NCBI GenBank assembly: GCA_951406725.2
Contig: OX597814.1
Location: forward strand, 117,862,001 to 117,926,000
Length of the DNA stretch: 64,000 nt
Direction: 5' to 3'
Origin: Octopus vulgaris
Taxonomy: Eukaryota
Translations under genes and position numbers: made by a program
Part shown: piece by piece, positions 38,901 to 53,023 of the stretch
How the letters are laid out: each line of letters opens with the position of its first letter
Position numbering within the stretch: position 1 is the stretch's first letter
Notes under the pieces: generated by a model
Database searches by the model: none
What the model saw: only the letters and a program-made list of their open reading frames with translations
What the model was told of the DNA's origin: nothing

Positions 38901-39479
38901 GTCTGCGGTCCTACGTGGTGTCTAAATGAGGCGTAGCAAAAAGATTGAAGTCGACATCGGAAGTATCATGGCACAATTCTCAAATAACACTTTTATGCTA
39001 ATGCTTCCGTGAAAAACCAGAAACTTGTCATTTACAGGATCTTCAAGTTTTTAAAGAAGCTAAAAACATGGGCATGGGAAACTTCAGACTAAAATTGGCT
39101 TTTTAATAAGCAGGAATACGAATAAATAATAGAGATGAGATTGAACACGATAACTCAAAATAGCCCTTCCGACACGCTATAGTGTGTCTGAAGGTTACAC
39201 ACGCTATAGTGCCAAAAAGTGGCTACACAGCCAAAATATTTTCCAAAGAAGGTGTCGTAACAACAACGATTGATATATCAGTTATCTTATCATCCGCTTA
39301 TATAACTTGCATTGTTTTGGCTTTAAAATATATTTAAAAATATATACAGTATATATATGTATATACATCAGGCAATGATTCATGGAAACTATATCAGATA
39401 TATAGATGCAAATATGTGTACGCGCACGCAGAAGTGTGTAAGGATGTGTGCACATGTGTATGTGTAAATATGTCTGCAT

Positions 39480-39915
39480 GTATTCTTTTATTTTTCTATT
39501 GTACTTGTTTCAGTCATTTGACAGGGGCCATGCTAGGGCACCACCTTTTAATCGAAGTCAATCCCTGAACTTATTCTTTGTAAGCCTGGTACTTATTCTA
39601 TCTGACACTTCTACCAAAACGCTTGGTTACGGGGGCCATAAACACGCCAATATCGGTTGTCAAGCGATGGTTGCGAGGATAATAACAGACACAAAGACCC
39701 TCCACACACACACACACACACACATATACGCTCACACACACACACACGCACGAACACACACATACACACACATATGTATAAAATATACGACGCCCTTTTT
39801 CTGCTTCGGTGTACCAAATCCACTCACAAGGCTTTGGTCGGCCCGAGGCTGAAGTGGAGGACACTTGCCCAAAGTTCCACGGAATAGGACTGAACCTGAA
39901 CACGGAACCACGTTG
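39480..39915 (-). mobile_element. tRNA-derived SINE family A (head truncated)
   Basis: Co-linear with 17281-17640. Confidence 0.85.
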
Positions 39916-41113
39916 TTCCGAAAAATATTAAAATCTTGCGAAGTCTCAATATCTGAATATATGTTTTACGTGTGCGTAAGTCTGTACGCACCTTTGCTTA
40001 AGTGAAATATATCCTCGTCGGAAACATCAATATAAAATTCTGAATAGTAAATATGTTTCTTTCTCGTAGTATCTAAACCATGATTCAATCCTACGATGGA
40101 ACAGAAGTTTTAATGTTTCTGACTTGTAGTCGACAATAACGCATTCTTATTAAACAACCTATGCCGCTTCTTGTTTAAATTCTCTCCACATCCATATATG
40201 TAGTCCATTGCAGTGGTATTTATCAGTAATATCGTTTGATATTGAAGCTTAAAATAGATTTATCGATATTCTATGTCTGCAAAATAACACACACAATCAT
40301 CGGTAAAGGACGCTGACTAACAACGTAATAAAACCATAAATGTATTTACATCATTCACAAGAACGAACCGGATTGTGGTGTGATTCAATTACTGCTTGAG
40401 AACAGCTACAAGTGTAAATATTCTCGGAATCTGTCGCCGCATTCTGCATTGGGAATTTTTATTAACATCACCTGTTAAGTGTATAAGGTCTCAATATAGT
40501 TCGTATTTCACGCGACTTTGCAGTTGTATTGAAAGCAATTTGCTTGTGGTAAAACTGCATATTAAGTTAGAAATCATTTATAACACATCTCGAGTCATTC
40601 CATATTATCTCGCATCAAATTTCATGGTTGTTTTACTGTTTTCAGAAACGATGTTTCCTATTTTGCCCAAATCACTTTTGATGTTTCTGCAAACAGAACG
40701 AATCAAACAACAATTGTAACGCATGTGCATGTAACATGGATCTTTAATCAAATGTCTTTTGAGAGGTATAAACACAGGGTTCATATGGAGAGCGTTGTAC
40801 AAAATATGACACAAGTCCTCTTACATGGTTCCGACTGATATTTAATGGATACTTTTTATGACCTGATATGTTTCATAGAAATGATATACCTATAATTATG
40901 GTGCAAATGTTAGAAGTCTTATAAGAAGTAAAATACACTTTCAAACAAAATTACATCACTGCAAACACACCAAGAAAACATGATGCATTGCAGTTCAGTG
41001 CAGGTATCTTGAATTACATAACGAATTGTATTACTATGCAATGAAACTTTGTTTTTGTTCAGAAGTAGCACACATATCAAGCAATGATCCGAATGTTTTC
41101 CGAAAATTTAACT

Positions 41114-41330
<217 letters not shown>

Positions 41331-42109
41331 ACAAGCATATAAATACATGTAAATATATATATATAATATAATTATTACAGACAGTGTAAATATATATGTA
41401 TAAATGCATATAAATAAGTGTATACACAAACCACACACACACACACACAGCACACACATAGACGTTAACACACGCGCAGACAGAAAGGCAGACATACACG
41501 TATGAAGTTTACTTACAAACGTGCATACATATACGTATATACATATGTATATATATATATGTATATATGTATGTATGAATGTACATATGTGTGTCTATGT
41601 ATATAAATAATTCACCAATTTAGGTTCGGGATAGCGACACTAATAACATGGTATAGAAGTCAATACATGTTGCATCAGAAGACGAAGTTAGATGTATATA
41701 AAATTATAAGATCAAAGATATGATGCGAGAAAAGCAGTAGTCTAATAATTAACTTCCCACGTACTATAAGCTGCAGCTGTTCCTACTATAAGGTGTGGTC
41801 GAATCTTACTCGAGTGCCCTATAGCTCCATCGAAACCAAAAATAGTAGGTGCACTTTATATGGGAAAACTATATTTTCAGAATATAAAGCCGTTACGTGT
41901 GGATACATATAAATCTATGTATGTATCAATGTGTACATAATTGAAATATTCTAGTTTATACTTACCAACCATAGACCGAAACCACAGTTTTATCCAAACC
42001 TACCTGCTGCATATCCTGTAAAGTACCTGATTTCATATAAATATTATTTTCCTATTTATCACGCACACAAACACACACACACAGACATACACAAAAAAAA
42101 CATGTGGCA

Positions 42110-42380
42110 AAGCTCTAAATAGCTGTACACCCTTAACACCAAACTACTGCTGAACACGGTCCTCAATCTAAGCAGGATATATGGGATCATTGCAACATTG
42201 CTTTGACGTCCAATTCAGGGATTGATATAGCTCTCGATACCGAAGTTTAGAGTCAACATCTCTAGGATCTTCCATAGGCATATTACTGCATACGTGTGCG
42301 CATCTCTTCCCTTCAGGATGTAGAGCTGTAGCTCTTTCAGCCTATCCCACTATCTCAGCTGTTTGCTGATGCATTCTTCC
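42110..42380 (-). mobile_element. CR1-clade LINE 3' relic
   Basis: WDRLKELQLYILKGRDAHTYAVICLWKILE matches CR1 Y.ERL..L.LYSLERRRER..I..WKIL. Confidence 0.7.
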
Positions 42381-42677
42381 CGGTATCTATATGGAGCTAA
42401 ATTTAAATATATGTCAGTTCATAGAGAGACAAGTGGTTTCGCATCCTTACAGTGCTTAGCATTATAGATGGTTCTTCAGGCTGTAATGGCTACGAAGGTA
42501 ACTTCTCTTCAGGAGACGTTTATATATCCATATCAGTTAGCGCCTATTTTTTTATAATTTTCTTGGTGTATTGCGTGTTCCTGTTTCTATTTTAAATTTA
42601 TCAATTATGCATCTTCTATATAAAAGAAAGCTAGATCCTTTAATTAAGTGCCTTTCTTTACACGAATAGTGAACATA

Positions 42678-43076
42678 CAGGAGTGGCTGTGTGGTAAGTA
42701 GCTTGCTAACCAACCACATGGTTCCGGGTTCAGTCCCACTGCGTGGCATCTTGTGCAAGTGTCTTCTGCTTTAGCCTCGGTCCGACCAATGCCTTGTGAG
42801 TGGATTTGGTAGACGGAAACTGAAAGAAGCCTGTCGTATATATGTATATATATGTATGTGTGTGTTTGTGTGTCTGTGTTTGTTCCCCAAGCATTGCTTG
42901 ACAACCGATGCTGGTGTGTTTACCTCTCCGTCACTTAGAGGTTCGGCAAAAAGGGACCGATAGAATAAGTACTGGGCTTACAAAGAACAAGTCCCGGGGT
43001 CGGTTTACTCGACTATAGGCGGTGCTCCAGCATGGCCGCAGTCAAATGACTGAAAAAGTAAAAGAGTAAAAGAGTA
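42678..43076 (+). mobile_element. tRNA-derived SINE family A, full length
   Basis: A-box-like TGGCTGTGTGGTAAG, B-box-like GGTTCAGTCCC, internal (TG)n and AGTAAAAG tail. Confidence 0.9.
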
Positions 43077-43438
43077 TACACTCTGGAACTGTTTATTTTA
43101 ACGAGTTATATCTATTTATCATCTGAAGAAACACATATATACCGTCAGATGCTTCTGAATCAGTTGTTAAGTATCCCACCGCCATGAGGGATCAAGGTTA
43201 TATGAGTAGCAACAATTGTAGTGATTAATAAAAAATACACGCATCTTTCATCTTTAGTCAATCATTTAACATATACTATTTTTTAAAAAAAGTGGCTCAT
43301 ACTACACACAAACACATAAGCACATACACATACACACAAACAGAAGAATGTCTGTTATACTGGTTGTTTAAATAGCAAAAGAATTTTTCTTACAAGTATA
43401 CGTACCAAAAAATATACACAGAAAGGATAAACAAATAT

Positions 43439-43511
<73 letters not shown>

Positions 43512-43519
43512 GAGAGCGA

Positions 43520-43585
<66 letters not shown>

Positions 43586-43932
43586 CAAATGAATATGGTA
43601 CTTAAGCTAGATGCACCAGAATTTTGTATGGTGTTATCCATATAAATCCATGGGGTGATTATAATCAAAATAAGCAACAAGAATATATTCGGTAATTTGG
43701 TATGATCGGTTCACGCTACATCATTTTATTAAACATTGTAGGTATTACATCATTTTTTAAATGTTGAGCAATCACCAGCCATTTATAGAGGTTTTCCATC
43801 AATACATAAACTTATTTTCTTGTTAATTGATAACGATATAAAGAGGGTAGATATATGGACAAAGATGTTGATTTGAAAGTTTAGAACATTGAGGTAATAG
43901 AATTTATCTTCTGATAATATTCTTATATATAG

Positions 43933-43960
<28 letters not shown>

Positions 43961-43963
<3 letters not shown>

Positions 43964-44163
43964 ACCTCGTGTGTACAGTTGGCGATTTTTTTCCTCTGTC
44001 TTCCCTTCTTTGGATCTTTCCTGCTCCTATGTTTCCGACGAAGAGCTCCGCTCGAAACGTTGAACCCTCCTTGTTTCCTTCTTTCCTGAGCGTCCAATAA
44101 TACTATATTTGTTCCACGTCCACGCGTTGTTGTGTTTTTTTTTGCTTTCTTGTTTGGATTAAC
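43961..44163 (+). mobile_element. ~205-bp HHR-bearing repeat, second copy (core CCGACGA, U4C variant)
   Basis: gttt-CCGACGA-a-gagc-tcc-gctc-GAAA-cg-TT-gaac at 44031-44065; flanked by (TA)n and (CT)n/(TA)n. Confidence 0.8.
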
Positions 44164-44185
44164 TCTCTCTCTCTCTCTCTCTCTC

Positions 44186-44238
<53 letters not shown>

Positions 44239-44259
44239 TATATACATGCATACATACGT

Positions 44260-44382
<123 letters not shown>

Positions 44383-44399
44383 GGTGTGTATGTATGTAT

Positions 44400-45460
44400 A
44401 TTATTTCCGTGGTCGTTATACATTGCTAGAACCTCCAGACATCTAAAAACATATGCAGACATAACCTCCGACTCATCGCAAATACAGATTAGAAATCTGT
44501 ACTCTACAATACCAAACCTTCGTACGACGTTGAACAAACGCACAGAATATAAGCAGCAGCCGCCAACCAAGCATTCTAGAGGAAAGAACACATGGAGAGA
44601 AAGACAAGCAAAATACAGACAACCATTAACTCATAATAATGGACGACCTGGAGGGATGAAACATGGGAAGAAAGACAAGTGAAGAACAGACAACACAGAG
44701 TCTATAATATAAGAAAATCATAATGAAAACTCAAGAAATCCACGACATATGACCACCAATCCTACACAGTCCAAGAAACGTAGGAGATTGGAATAAGACA
44801 ACTACTATGGACAAGGAAATATGTACAGACATCATGAAGCGTTCCCTCCCTGACAAGGAAGCCTGAACCTCAGAAATAGAAATTGGAGACATAACGATAC
44901 AACCCCTTTTTAGGGAGAAAATACTACAATCGCGCTCAGGACTCGATACAACACATGTTCCTAATGAACCCACATAACATATAGACGCATAAATGATAAA
45001 TTTATCAAATAGAGAACTCAACGAAAATGAAATGAGTCTCCTGCTAAAAGGTTTCAGTTTACCCCGACGCCCACTCCCAATCTAATAGAACTAAAAACCG
45101 ATATTGAAAACTTCAGCCGTCACATCGGTTTTATAGAATTCTTCGACAAGTAAGTAGAAGACAAATCAATAGTAAGAAAATATATCGTTTCAGCCCTTCC
45201 GAAGGGGCGATAGGCACCTTGATACATATATAGAAATAATTTAGAAACCTTGATACATATATAGAAACAATATAGAAACCTTGATACATATATAGAAACA
45301 ATATAGAAACCTTGATACATATATAGAAACAATCTCAAATTCGCGCAGAACCTTAATAAAAGAGAAAAGGAAGTTTAATAAAGACTAAAGAACGACAATT
45401 CAATCATCATAAAGGAAGCTGACAAGGGTGGGGCGATAGTAAACATGGACACAGAGATGG
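44400..45460 (+). mobile_element. Penelope-like element N-terminal region to RT start, relic
   Basis: INLSNRELNENEMSLLLKG..FTPTP..NLIELKTDIENFSR and RLKNDNSIIIKEADKGGAIVNMD (PLE NLS..L.KGL.F.PTP and DKG motifs). Confidence 0.85.
45217..45333. repeat. 31-bp tandem repeat, ~3.8 copies
   Basis: Unit CCTTGATACATATATAGAAACAATATAGAAA, no spacers. Confidence 0.9.
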
Positions 45461-47230
45461 AGACAGACAGGTACAAACAGACATGTGTATATACAAACAT
45501 ATGACCGTGTGTACGTGTGTGTCTATACATAATCTGGCCAACGTGGTCATCCTGTTTTAACAGGGCATAAATCACTATCGAAGCAATTAACCATTAGCTG
45601 CATATTGGGCAGCTCTCTGAATATAACTCCTCGGCTTTTCTCAGATCTGACTGCCAACAGTATGAGCATTATCTGAACGGCTACATAAATAAAAAGTCAG
45701 TCATAGTGGTACAAAGAGAGATGTACATTTAGGCTGAGTGATACAATTTGTATAATGTAGCGATGACTATATAGAATACATTACATGAATTGATGATCTG
45801 AAGAGAAAGAGATATACCAATTTTATATTAGTCCGGGTCTGCACAACTGCAGCTTTGTTGTGTAAGAAGTAAAACGGTTGATTCGACATAAGGGTCACTT
45901 TGATTTTAGACAAAGAGTCTTTAAAAGTGTGCAAACTATTTTGTATGGTTAGGTTCTTTTCATAGCAAACAAAACCACTAAATCTGATCAAATGCTTCTT
46001 AAGATATTGAATATCGCATAAAAGCGCGTTAAATTGGCTACACTGCCCACCTCACTGCTGGTTAACTTTGGAGTCTGATAATACCAACTTTAATTATTGC
46101 TACGATACAATTCACTTGGCATTCAGCCATTGACAAAAGAGTGAAATTTGCCGGAAATAATGTAATAATCCGATACAACTAGGTTGAAAGTCCACTGGTG
46201 TTTTTTAACTGCAGTGTTAGCAGATCTATTGAAATAATATTATGCACGTAGAAATCTTCAAAATGTGTGCTGCGTCTAACCTCAAGATCCTGAAGGGTGC
46301 AAGTTTAGTTAATTTAAAATGTGGTAACATGCCAAATTCAATATGTTGTAGTAAAGTTCAAGTGTAATCACTGTCGCTCTGAATGTCTATTATTTCGAGT
46401 GCAAGAAAATAAGTACCTATAATTGAACAGAATCTAAATTTTACCCACACTTAATGTTATTAAGTTATGTTGACTGAAATGAATCCAAACTTTATAATTA
46501 ATGAAAAAGTACGTAATACCTAACACTAGATAACACAATAGGCCAAGTTATAAACCTGATTTCCTGTCACGAGTGGAGTCATTTCTTGACATTCATATTA
46601 AGAAAACCATTATACAAATATATTGCCTGAATACAAAATTATATTCCCGAATCATGACGGAAGAGTGCAATCATATGTTAATTACAGCACAGCCATTATT
46701 ACTCCAGCACGATTTGTCAGACGTGGATATCAAATATCCTTCTGTTTGTTTTGCTATTTTACATCTTTACGATACAGATCAAAATATACTTATTCTGTCC
46801 TCTTCTGTTTCCGAAGACAAGACACTAAATTATCCATCTCAATGTTCCTCTTGCTGACAATGAATAACTTAGCGTCGTATAATTTCATCGCAAATAGGTT
46901 CGAATATTTCAATGAGTTTTACGTAAGATTTGATAAACACGATTTCTGTTAGCATATATATATCTACACTGACGGTGTTTATTGTAGATATATAGACACC
47001 GAAATAGTAACTCCGATTTCAAACATCAAATCATCGCGGCAGGACGAATATATTAGATTATCATCAATGTTTTTAGTTGAATATCTGTTAACAATCAACA
47101 CCCACCCCATTAAAACAAAGTTTTTATCTATGTACTTATCTATCATATGCCTTGTCATGCTATTTATCAATCTATTTATCTCTCTTTACCTCCCTTACTT
47201 CTGTCTCTGTCTCTCTTTCTCTCTCTCTCT

Positions 47231-47284
<54 letters not shown>

Positions 47285-49226
47285 CCCTGACTTTCTGCCT
47301 CTTCCTCTTTCTCTCTTTAAATTCCAAAACAGTGAACGTTCTGATTTTCTCTATAAATACGTTTATATTTTTTGATATATAACAGAAATACTGAAGAACT
47401 TTAGCAGAGATTGCAAATGCTGTTTTGCATTGACAATATCGAAAACTGAATTTTCTGTTTGTCGTTATAAACGTGTGGCTCGCAGGACACAACTAAGTGA
47501 CTCACAAAATTTCGTTGCTTTCCGTTAACGATGTGAAATGGAAAATATTATTTATTACTAGGATTACTAGCATCGTTGCTATATTGTATGATTTGTATAA
47601 AATTTTATCTATGCTGTAGCAATAAAAAGCAAAAATATACCTCTAAACTGGGGAAAAATAGCTTCAAGTTTCGTAATTATTGACCCATGCATATATATGC
47701 CTACTACAAAAAGAGAAGTTACAAAAACTCCGCAGGTACATTTGCTTCTTTTAATAACAAAGAACGAAATCATTTACGATCATATCGTCCCTACTAACTT
47801 AAATATAGCAGATTCCTTGCGAAATTTAGCTGTAGGTGTAAATATTTAGAAGTGAAATGTTTGAAATGCAAAGCTGTTGAATATACGATAAAATATTTCT
47901 TCACAATGAAAGTATGTTAAAATATTTTTTGCTGAATATGCAGATCATATTTGATTTGTTTCTCCTTATCTTTGGAGTTTTATATCTTATAGTTTTTAAC
48001 TGCGTATTGTTAGGATTTTTTTGCGTATGCAAAATTATTTCATAGTTCTTGACATTGCGATACTTAACCAGACGGTAACACATTCCCTTGATTACAGAAA
48101 AAGATGGAGAGAGAAGCGTCGGAGACTGTGAGGTACAGGGAATGTAGTTGCAACGATTTCACGTGATTAGTTGGCGGGAAAGAGTGCAGAAAGAGAAAGG
48201 AGAGAGAAAAAGAGGATACAGCGAAGAGTGAGGCAGAAAGACGGAGAGAAAAATTGAAGGAGAGAGAAGCGTCCATGACGTGAGGTAGGGGGAACGAAAT
48301 AATTTTAGCTGAGTGATGATGTTCTGATGGAGTTGTTAAAATAAAGGCAGAGAGAGGAGAGAGGATGGTGAGGAGAGAGATGATTATGGTGGTGGAGATG
48401 GTGGTGGTGACTGGATAGTGAAAAGTGTATTTTATAAAATTCATCTAAGTTTTTTACATCACCTATCACTTAACGCAGGCGCATGCGTGCAATTCCATGA
48501 AATATTGACGCTTATTTACGTGGTAGATATATACAATTTAACTAAAGTTTGTAGCATACGTACGGATATTTTGTTTATGCTTATGGGTAAAATGGAAAAA
48601 TGACAGTGAATATATATTTTATGCATGCTGTGTATTAAGTCTATAAAATTGTGCATAAATTATATAAAGTGCTTATTTAAATTGTCTTAAGTAATCATCG
48701 TATTCCAATTTCTTTCACTTTTCAATGAGTAGCAGATAAGCGACTATCTTTCCATACAGGCACAACACAGTCAACACTTTCAGGAATTTTGATAAAGTTT
48801 TCAGAAATAACCCAGTAGGTCTACCATTAATTCTATGAAATATTAACGGGTCCCGCTCGTATTTCATAATTTGATTTTCCTTCTTGCATGTACACGTGAC
48901 TTTCATAGCATTGTATATTAATTTGTTATACATCATCTTCCCATTCCTAAATAGTAAAGCCAAATTCTTAATTACGAATAACGTTTCTATTATAAGCAAA
49001 ATCATTTGTTTGTTTTTTTCTTGAATCAGAATACGTTGAGATTTTCACGTAATGCCAATGTTATATATTTTACATTTTCTCATGTTCGGTTATTTATAAT
49101 TGCTACCTATAAAGAAAACACTGCCAAATAGCATCACGTAACGTCACATTAAGCGTCATTTTTCGTTTTCCCTTTCGATTTCAGACTTCTTTTTACACAT
49201 ACCTGTATGTATGTCTTTATATCTGT

Positions 49227-49287
<61 letters not shown>

Positions 49288-49397
49288 CGTCTGTCTCTCT
49301 ATACATATTTGTGTATGTGCATGTATGCATGAGTGTGTTTCTATAGATGAGTTTGTTTGTATATATATATATAACATCGTAGATTTCGTCTTGGTAT

Positions 49398-49475
49398 ATG
49401 TTTGGCTGATGAAGGTAAAACAAAATATGGGTGAGAGACATATCTTGTAAAACCTGAAACCTGCAGGTACCACAT
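49398..49475 (+). ncRNA. Minimal type I hammerhead ribozyme, copy 1
   Basis: tgg-CTGATGA-aggt..acct-GAAA-cctgcagg-TA-cca; stem III is the palindrome ACCTGCAGGT; predicted cleavage after 49469. Confidence 0.85.
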
Positions 49476-49824
49476 TATCCTTTTCCGGGTGTTTCATCTT
49501 TCAGATGTTCTCCCTGGAGGTAAGACGGGTTTTTTCTCTAATTTGTTGCACACACGCATTTTTGCTAATACATACGCGGTGAAGCTACACATTAGCGTCG
49601 TATTTTTAGATTCGCTATTTCCAGTAAATATCGGTACTTAGTTGTGCCATTTACTAATTTGTGTATTTTTCCCTCACGGGCTACTTTTTACTGGAAGGCA
49701 ATACTTTGTATTGCATTACTGATATTTTGAAACTTCTTCACCGTTTCTCGTACTGTTAGCGTTCCGCATTTCAGTCGAGTGTGTTAGTATTAATGTGGTA
49801 ACATCGTAGATTTCGTCTTGGTAT

Positions 49825-49903
49825 ATGTTTGGCTGATGAAGGTAAAACAAAATATGGGTGAGAGGATATATCTTGTAAAACCTGAAACCTGCAGGTACCA
49901 CAT
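49825..49903 (+). ncRNA. Minimal type I hammerhead ribozyme, copy 2
   Basis: Same core and stems as copy 1; predicted cleavage after 49897. Confidence 0.85.
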
Positions 49904-52700
49904 TATCCTTTTCCGGGTGTTTCATCTTTCAGATGTTCTCCCTGGAGGTAAGACGGGTTTTTTCTCTAATTTGTTGCACACACGCATTTTTGCTAATACA
50001 TACGCGGTGAAGCTACACATTAGCGTCGTATTTTTACGTTCGCTATTTCCAGTAAATATCGGTACTTAGTTGTGCCATGTATTTACTAATTTGTATATAT
50101 ATATATATATATATATATATACCGTTTTGGGTTCGGTTTGCAAGATTCTTTGTATGAGTTCGTGTGTTGGAGCATACTCTGTTGTGTCTGGGGAGAGTCA
50201 TTTTATTGTTGTGCCTTATTCTGTAACACACTCACCGGTAATATTTCCACTTATTTCTTATTTATATTTTCCTAAAATTTTCGTTGCGTCTTTCAACCTT
50301 TTCAATAGTGTGTCAATGTGTGTGTGTGTGTATGTGTTCATATTACGGGAACTTGTGCCGCTACATTCCATCAATATTTATGGTTATCACAATGTCTTTA
50401 ATAGAAAGCCCCTTAAGTTCTCATACTGTCTCTGCAGGAACTTCACCTCACGATGAATATAAAATTACTGAAACAAATCAGCATTTTGAAACCAGGCTAG
50501 GAATGTTTTAATTTCCCCAGGACAATGCCTGTATAATTCAGTAGAATACAGCGTAGAACTTCAACTTAGCGATGGATCTACATCGAAATTTTACAACGGA
50601 GAGATTGGAACCGCTCTAATAGACATTTACTAATTACTACAGATAAGAAATCTACTAGGCAAGCAGCTCCATCAAACTTGCAATTCTATCAACGTAATAC
50701 TTATAATTTCATCCTTCGTTGAAATGTGCTTAAATCCGCAAGAACTGAGATAGTGAAACAAGAACTGTTTTTAGGAATATCAGATACATCCGGACATGAA
50801 AACTTAGATTAATCGATCAACATGAAGCTTCTCAAAGTACCATTGGCAACGTGTTATTTAACAAACTGTCTTAGGTTGTCAGATTAACGCCTAATGTGTT
50901 GGGTTGTCAGATTAATGCCTTCCTTTCCTTTAAATGTTCTTGAATTAACATGAAAAATACTTATCACTGTGTTTTATAGCATTTAATAGATTTATTCTTT
51001 CTCTACATCTCTTGTTTATTCTATTTCAAATCTCAATAAATTTTACTTCTTTCAGATATATGATAATGGATTGCCAAGTAGAAGAAACTGAGCATTTTCA
51101 GCATCTGTTCCTCTTCTAATCCGATCAAACTTCCAAGAATGCAAAAACCAGGCATTGGTGTTCTGTACGGGGAGAGAGCTTTCACTGAAAGAACTGCACA
51201 GAAAAATTTTACATGTGTCAAGGGAGCGAATTTGAACAACACGAAATCTCATCTTCCGGCCGATCATTGCAGTTCACTAAAGATTGCTTGAACGAGATCA
51301 TTCGCCTGGGTCCATACCAACCCACTTGGAAATTAGCACAGCAGATTGGTACGTCGTGATGTTATTGTTGGTAATCTTCACTCTATGTGCAAGGTTCAAA
51401 TCACTGTACGTGTATGCCACGTGCTATGAACAGGAGAAACATACTCCAGCGCTTCTGTAACCCGTTAGTTTACTCGCTTGACATCAGGTTACTTGTGGGC
51501 ATTAACATAAGCTTTTATACTGCTTTGGACTGGTTGTAAAAATAGTCTCTTTACGACACTATGAAGTAAAAAAAAATGGATGAGTCCCCAAAAGCTAGGA
51601 ACAACTTGAACCAAGCCAGAAATGCATCCAGGTAAGACAATAGTCTGTGTTTAGTAGGATTGATCCAGAACGAATTGCTTCAAAACAACCACATAATCAA
51701 TACCGAGCTACACTTTCTCGAAAGGCATCTAAAAGACAGTCAGATATGTAGTTAGCGAATGTTCAAACTGTCCCAGAAATAGTACAGAAAAATGTTACAA
51801 CAATGTTACCGCAGAAAGTTCCCTGAGAGATGTTGAAGTAGTTGTGAGTTAGAATTTACCGACTAGTAATATGAACACTAACCATTGCCGGTCGCAGACT
51901 ATGACCATTTGAAACTCACATAGTACATGATAATCTATACCGATAAAAATAATCTAACATACTGATATAGGTCTTACGCCCTTTATAGAAAGTGACAGAA
52001 ACGGTCTTCATCCACATAGCGGGACTTGCAGATCTAAACATTGTGAAGACATAAAGCAAAGAAAGAAACATATATGTAAATGTATTTGTGTAGTTTGTGT
52101 GGTGTAGTGTGTGTGTGTGTGTGTGTGTGTGTAGAAGAGTATCAAGGCCTAGCATTTGAAGTAGATTATATCCTTAGAGTCACAAGATGGTCATCGTGAC
52201 TGGTATACAAGGAACCGCCTCAAAGAAAACAAAAGCCGGACATAGAAAACTGGAATGGCCAGACGTCATATAAAGTACACATCTGAGGGCCAAACTCTGA
52301 AAACTGCGTGAATTTCTTAAAATGGAGAATATTACTGAAATATTATATTCCTATTTAACGAACAATTCCAGTATTTCTTTAGGGGAGCAGGGCTCCTGTA
52401 AAAAACATGAGCAAATAACGCAAAGCATTTCATTCTGACACCCTAACTGAAGTACCAAGTCGCCCGCTTGCAACTGATGAAAGCGAGCATTAAAGGAATC
52501 AATCTTCCCAGATGACATAATATATGGTGAAACATCTCTTTGCAAATAAATGCCTGGAATAGGAATATAAAGCATATATTGTTCCCTCTAACATTGTGTA
52601 TACAGCCTTAGTTCACTTCTTTGGCGGTTTTTTATTTTAAATGGTGGTGTATAATTACAGATATGTTTACCAGTAATCTATTGCCTACGACTATATATAT

Positions 52701-53023
52701 AATATTATTGGTGAATTGAAGAAATGGAGCTGAACGCAGATTGAACAGAAATCGTTTTATTTCATTCTACGTGTTTCGAAAGGCACAATTTACCAAAATC
52801 CGATTGAATAATGGGACCATAATTGTGTCTTTCTCTTCAGGAAGAAATAGGAAATCCGTTGGAAAAAACAAAAACAGAACAGAGGCGGAGAAAGACACAA
52901 TATGGTCCCATTATTCAATCGGATTTTGGTAAATTGTGCCTTTCGAAACACGTGTAGAATGAAATAAAACGATTTCTGTTCAATCTGCGTTCAGCTCCAT
53001 TTCTTCAATTCACCAATAATATT
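52701..53023. repeat. Near-perfect ~135-bp inverted repeat (52701-52835 and 52888-53023), inverted pLTR-like
   Basis: Arms differ by only two small indels; 52-nt spacer. Confidence 0.92.
52759..52848 (-). ncRNA. Type I hammerhead ribozyme motif with long stem II
   Basis: atttcttc-CTGAAGA-gaaagacacaatt...aattgtgcctttc-GAAA-cacg-TA-gaatgaaat. Confidence 0.78.

Larger units (their letters stand above)
49372..50094 (+). mobile_element. Partial tandem (~1.7 units, 427-428-bp period) HHR repeat in (TA)n; retrozyme-like or tandem pLTR
   Basis: ~290-bp direct repeats 49372-49662 and 49799-50094, each with a complete HHR; (TA)n on both flanks. Confidence 0.85.

Noticed and set aside
42678-42750. tRNA genes at the SINE heads (also 55250, 29880-29960)
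   Set aside because: A/B-like boxes run into SINE bodies and tails, the sequences are multi-copy, and no complete cloverleaf is evident.
45217-45333. 31-bp repeats as a CRISPR array
   Set aside because: Directly tandem with no unique spacers, inside a PLE relic in eukaryotic DNA.
49279-49925. Duplicated minus-strand ORFs MKHPEKDNVVPAGFRFYKI as a peptide gene pair
   Set aside because: Antisense read-out of the duplicated HHR repeat; the ORFs diverge by frameshift and one runs into microsatellite.
51033-51640. Overlapping short minus-strand ORFs as an exon or TE relic
   Set aside because: No recognisable motif in any frame.
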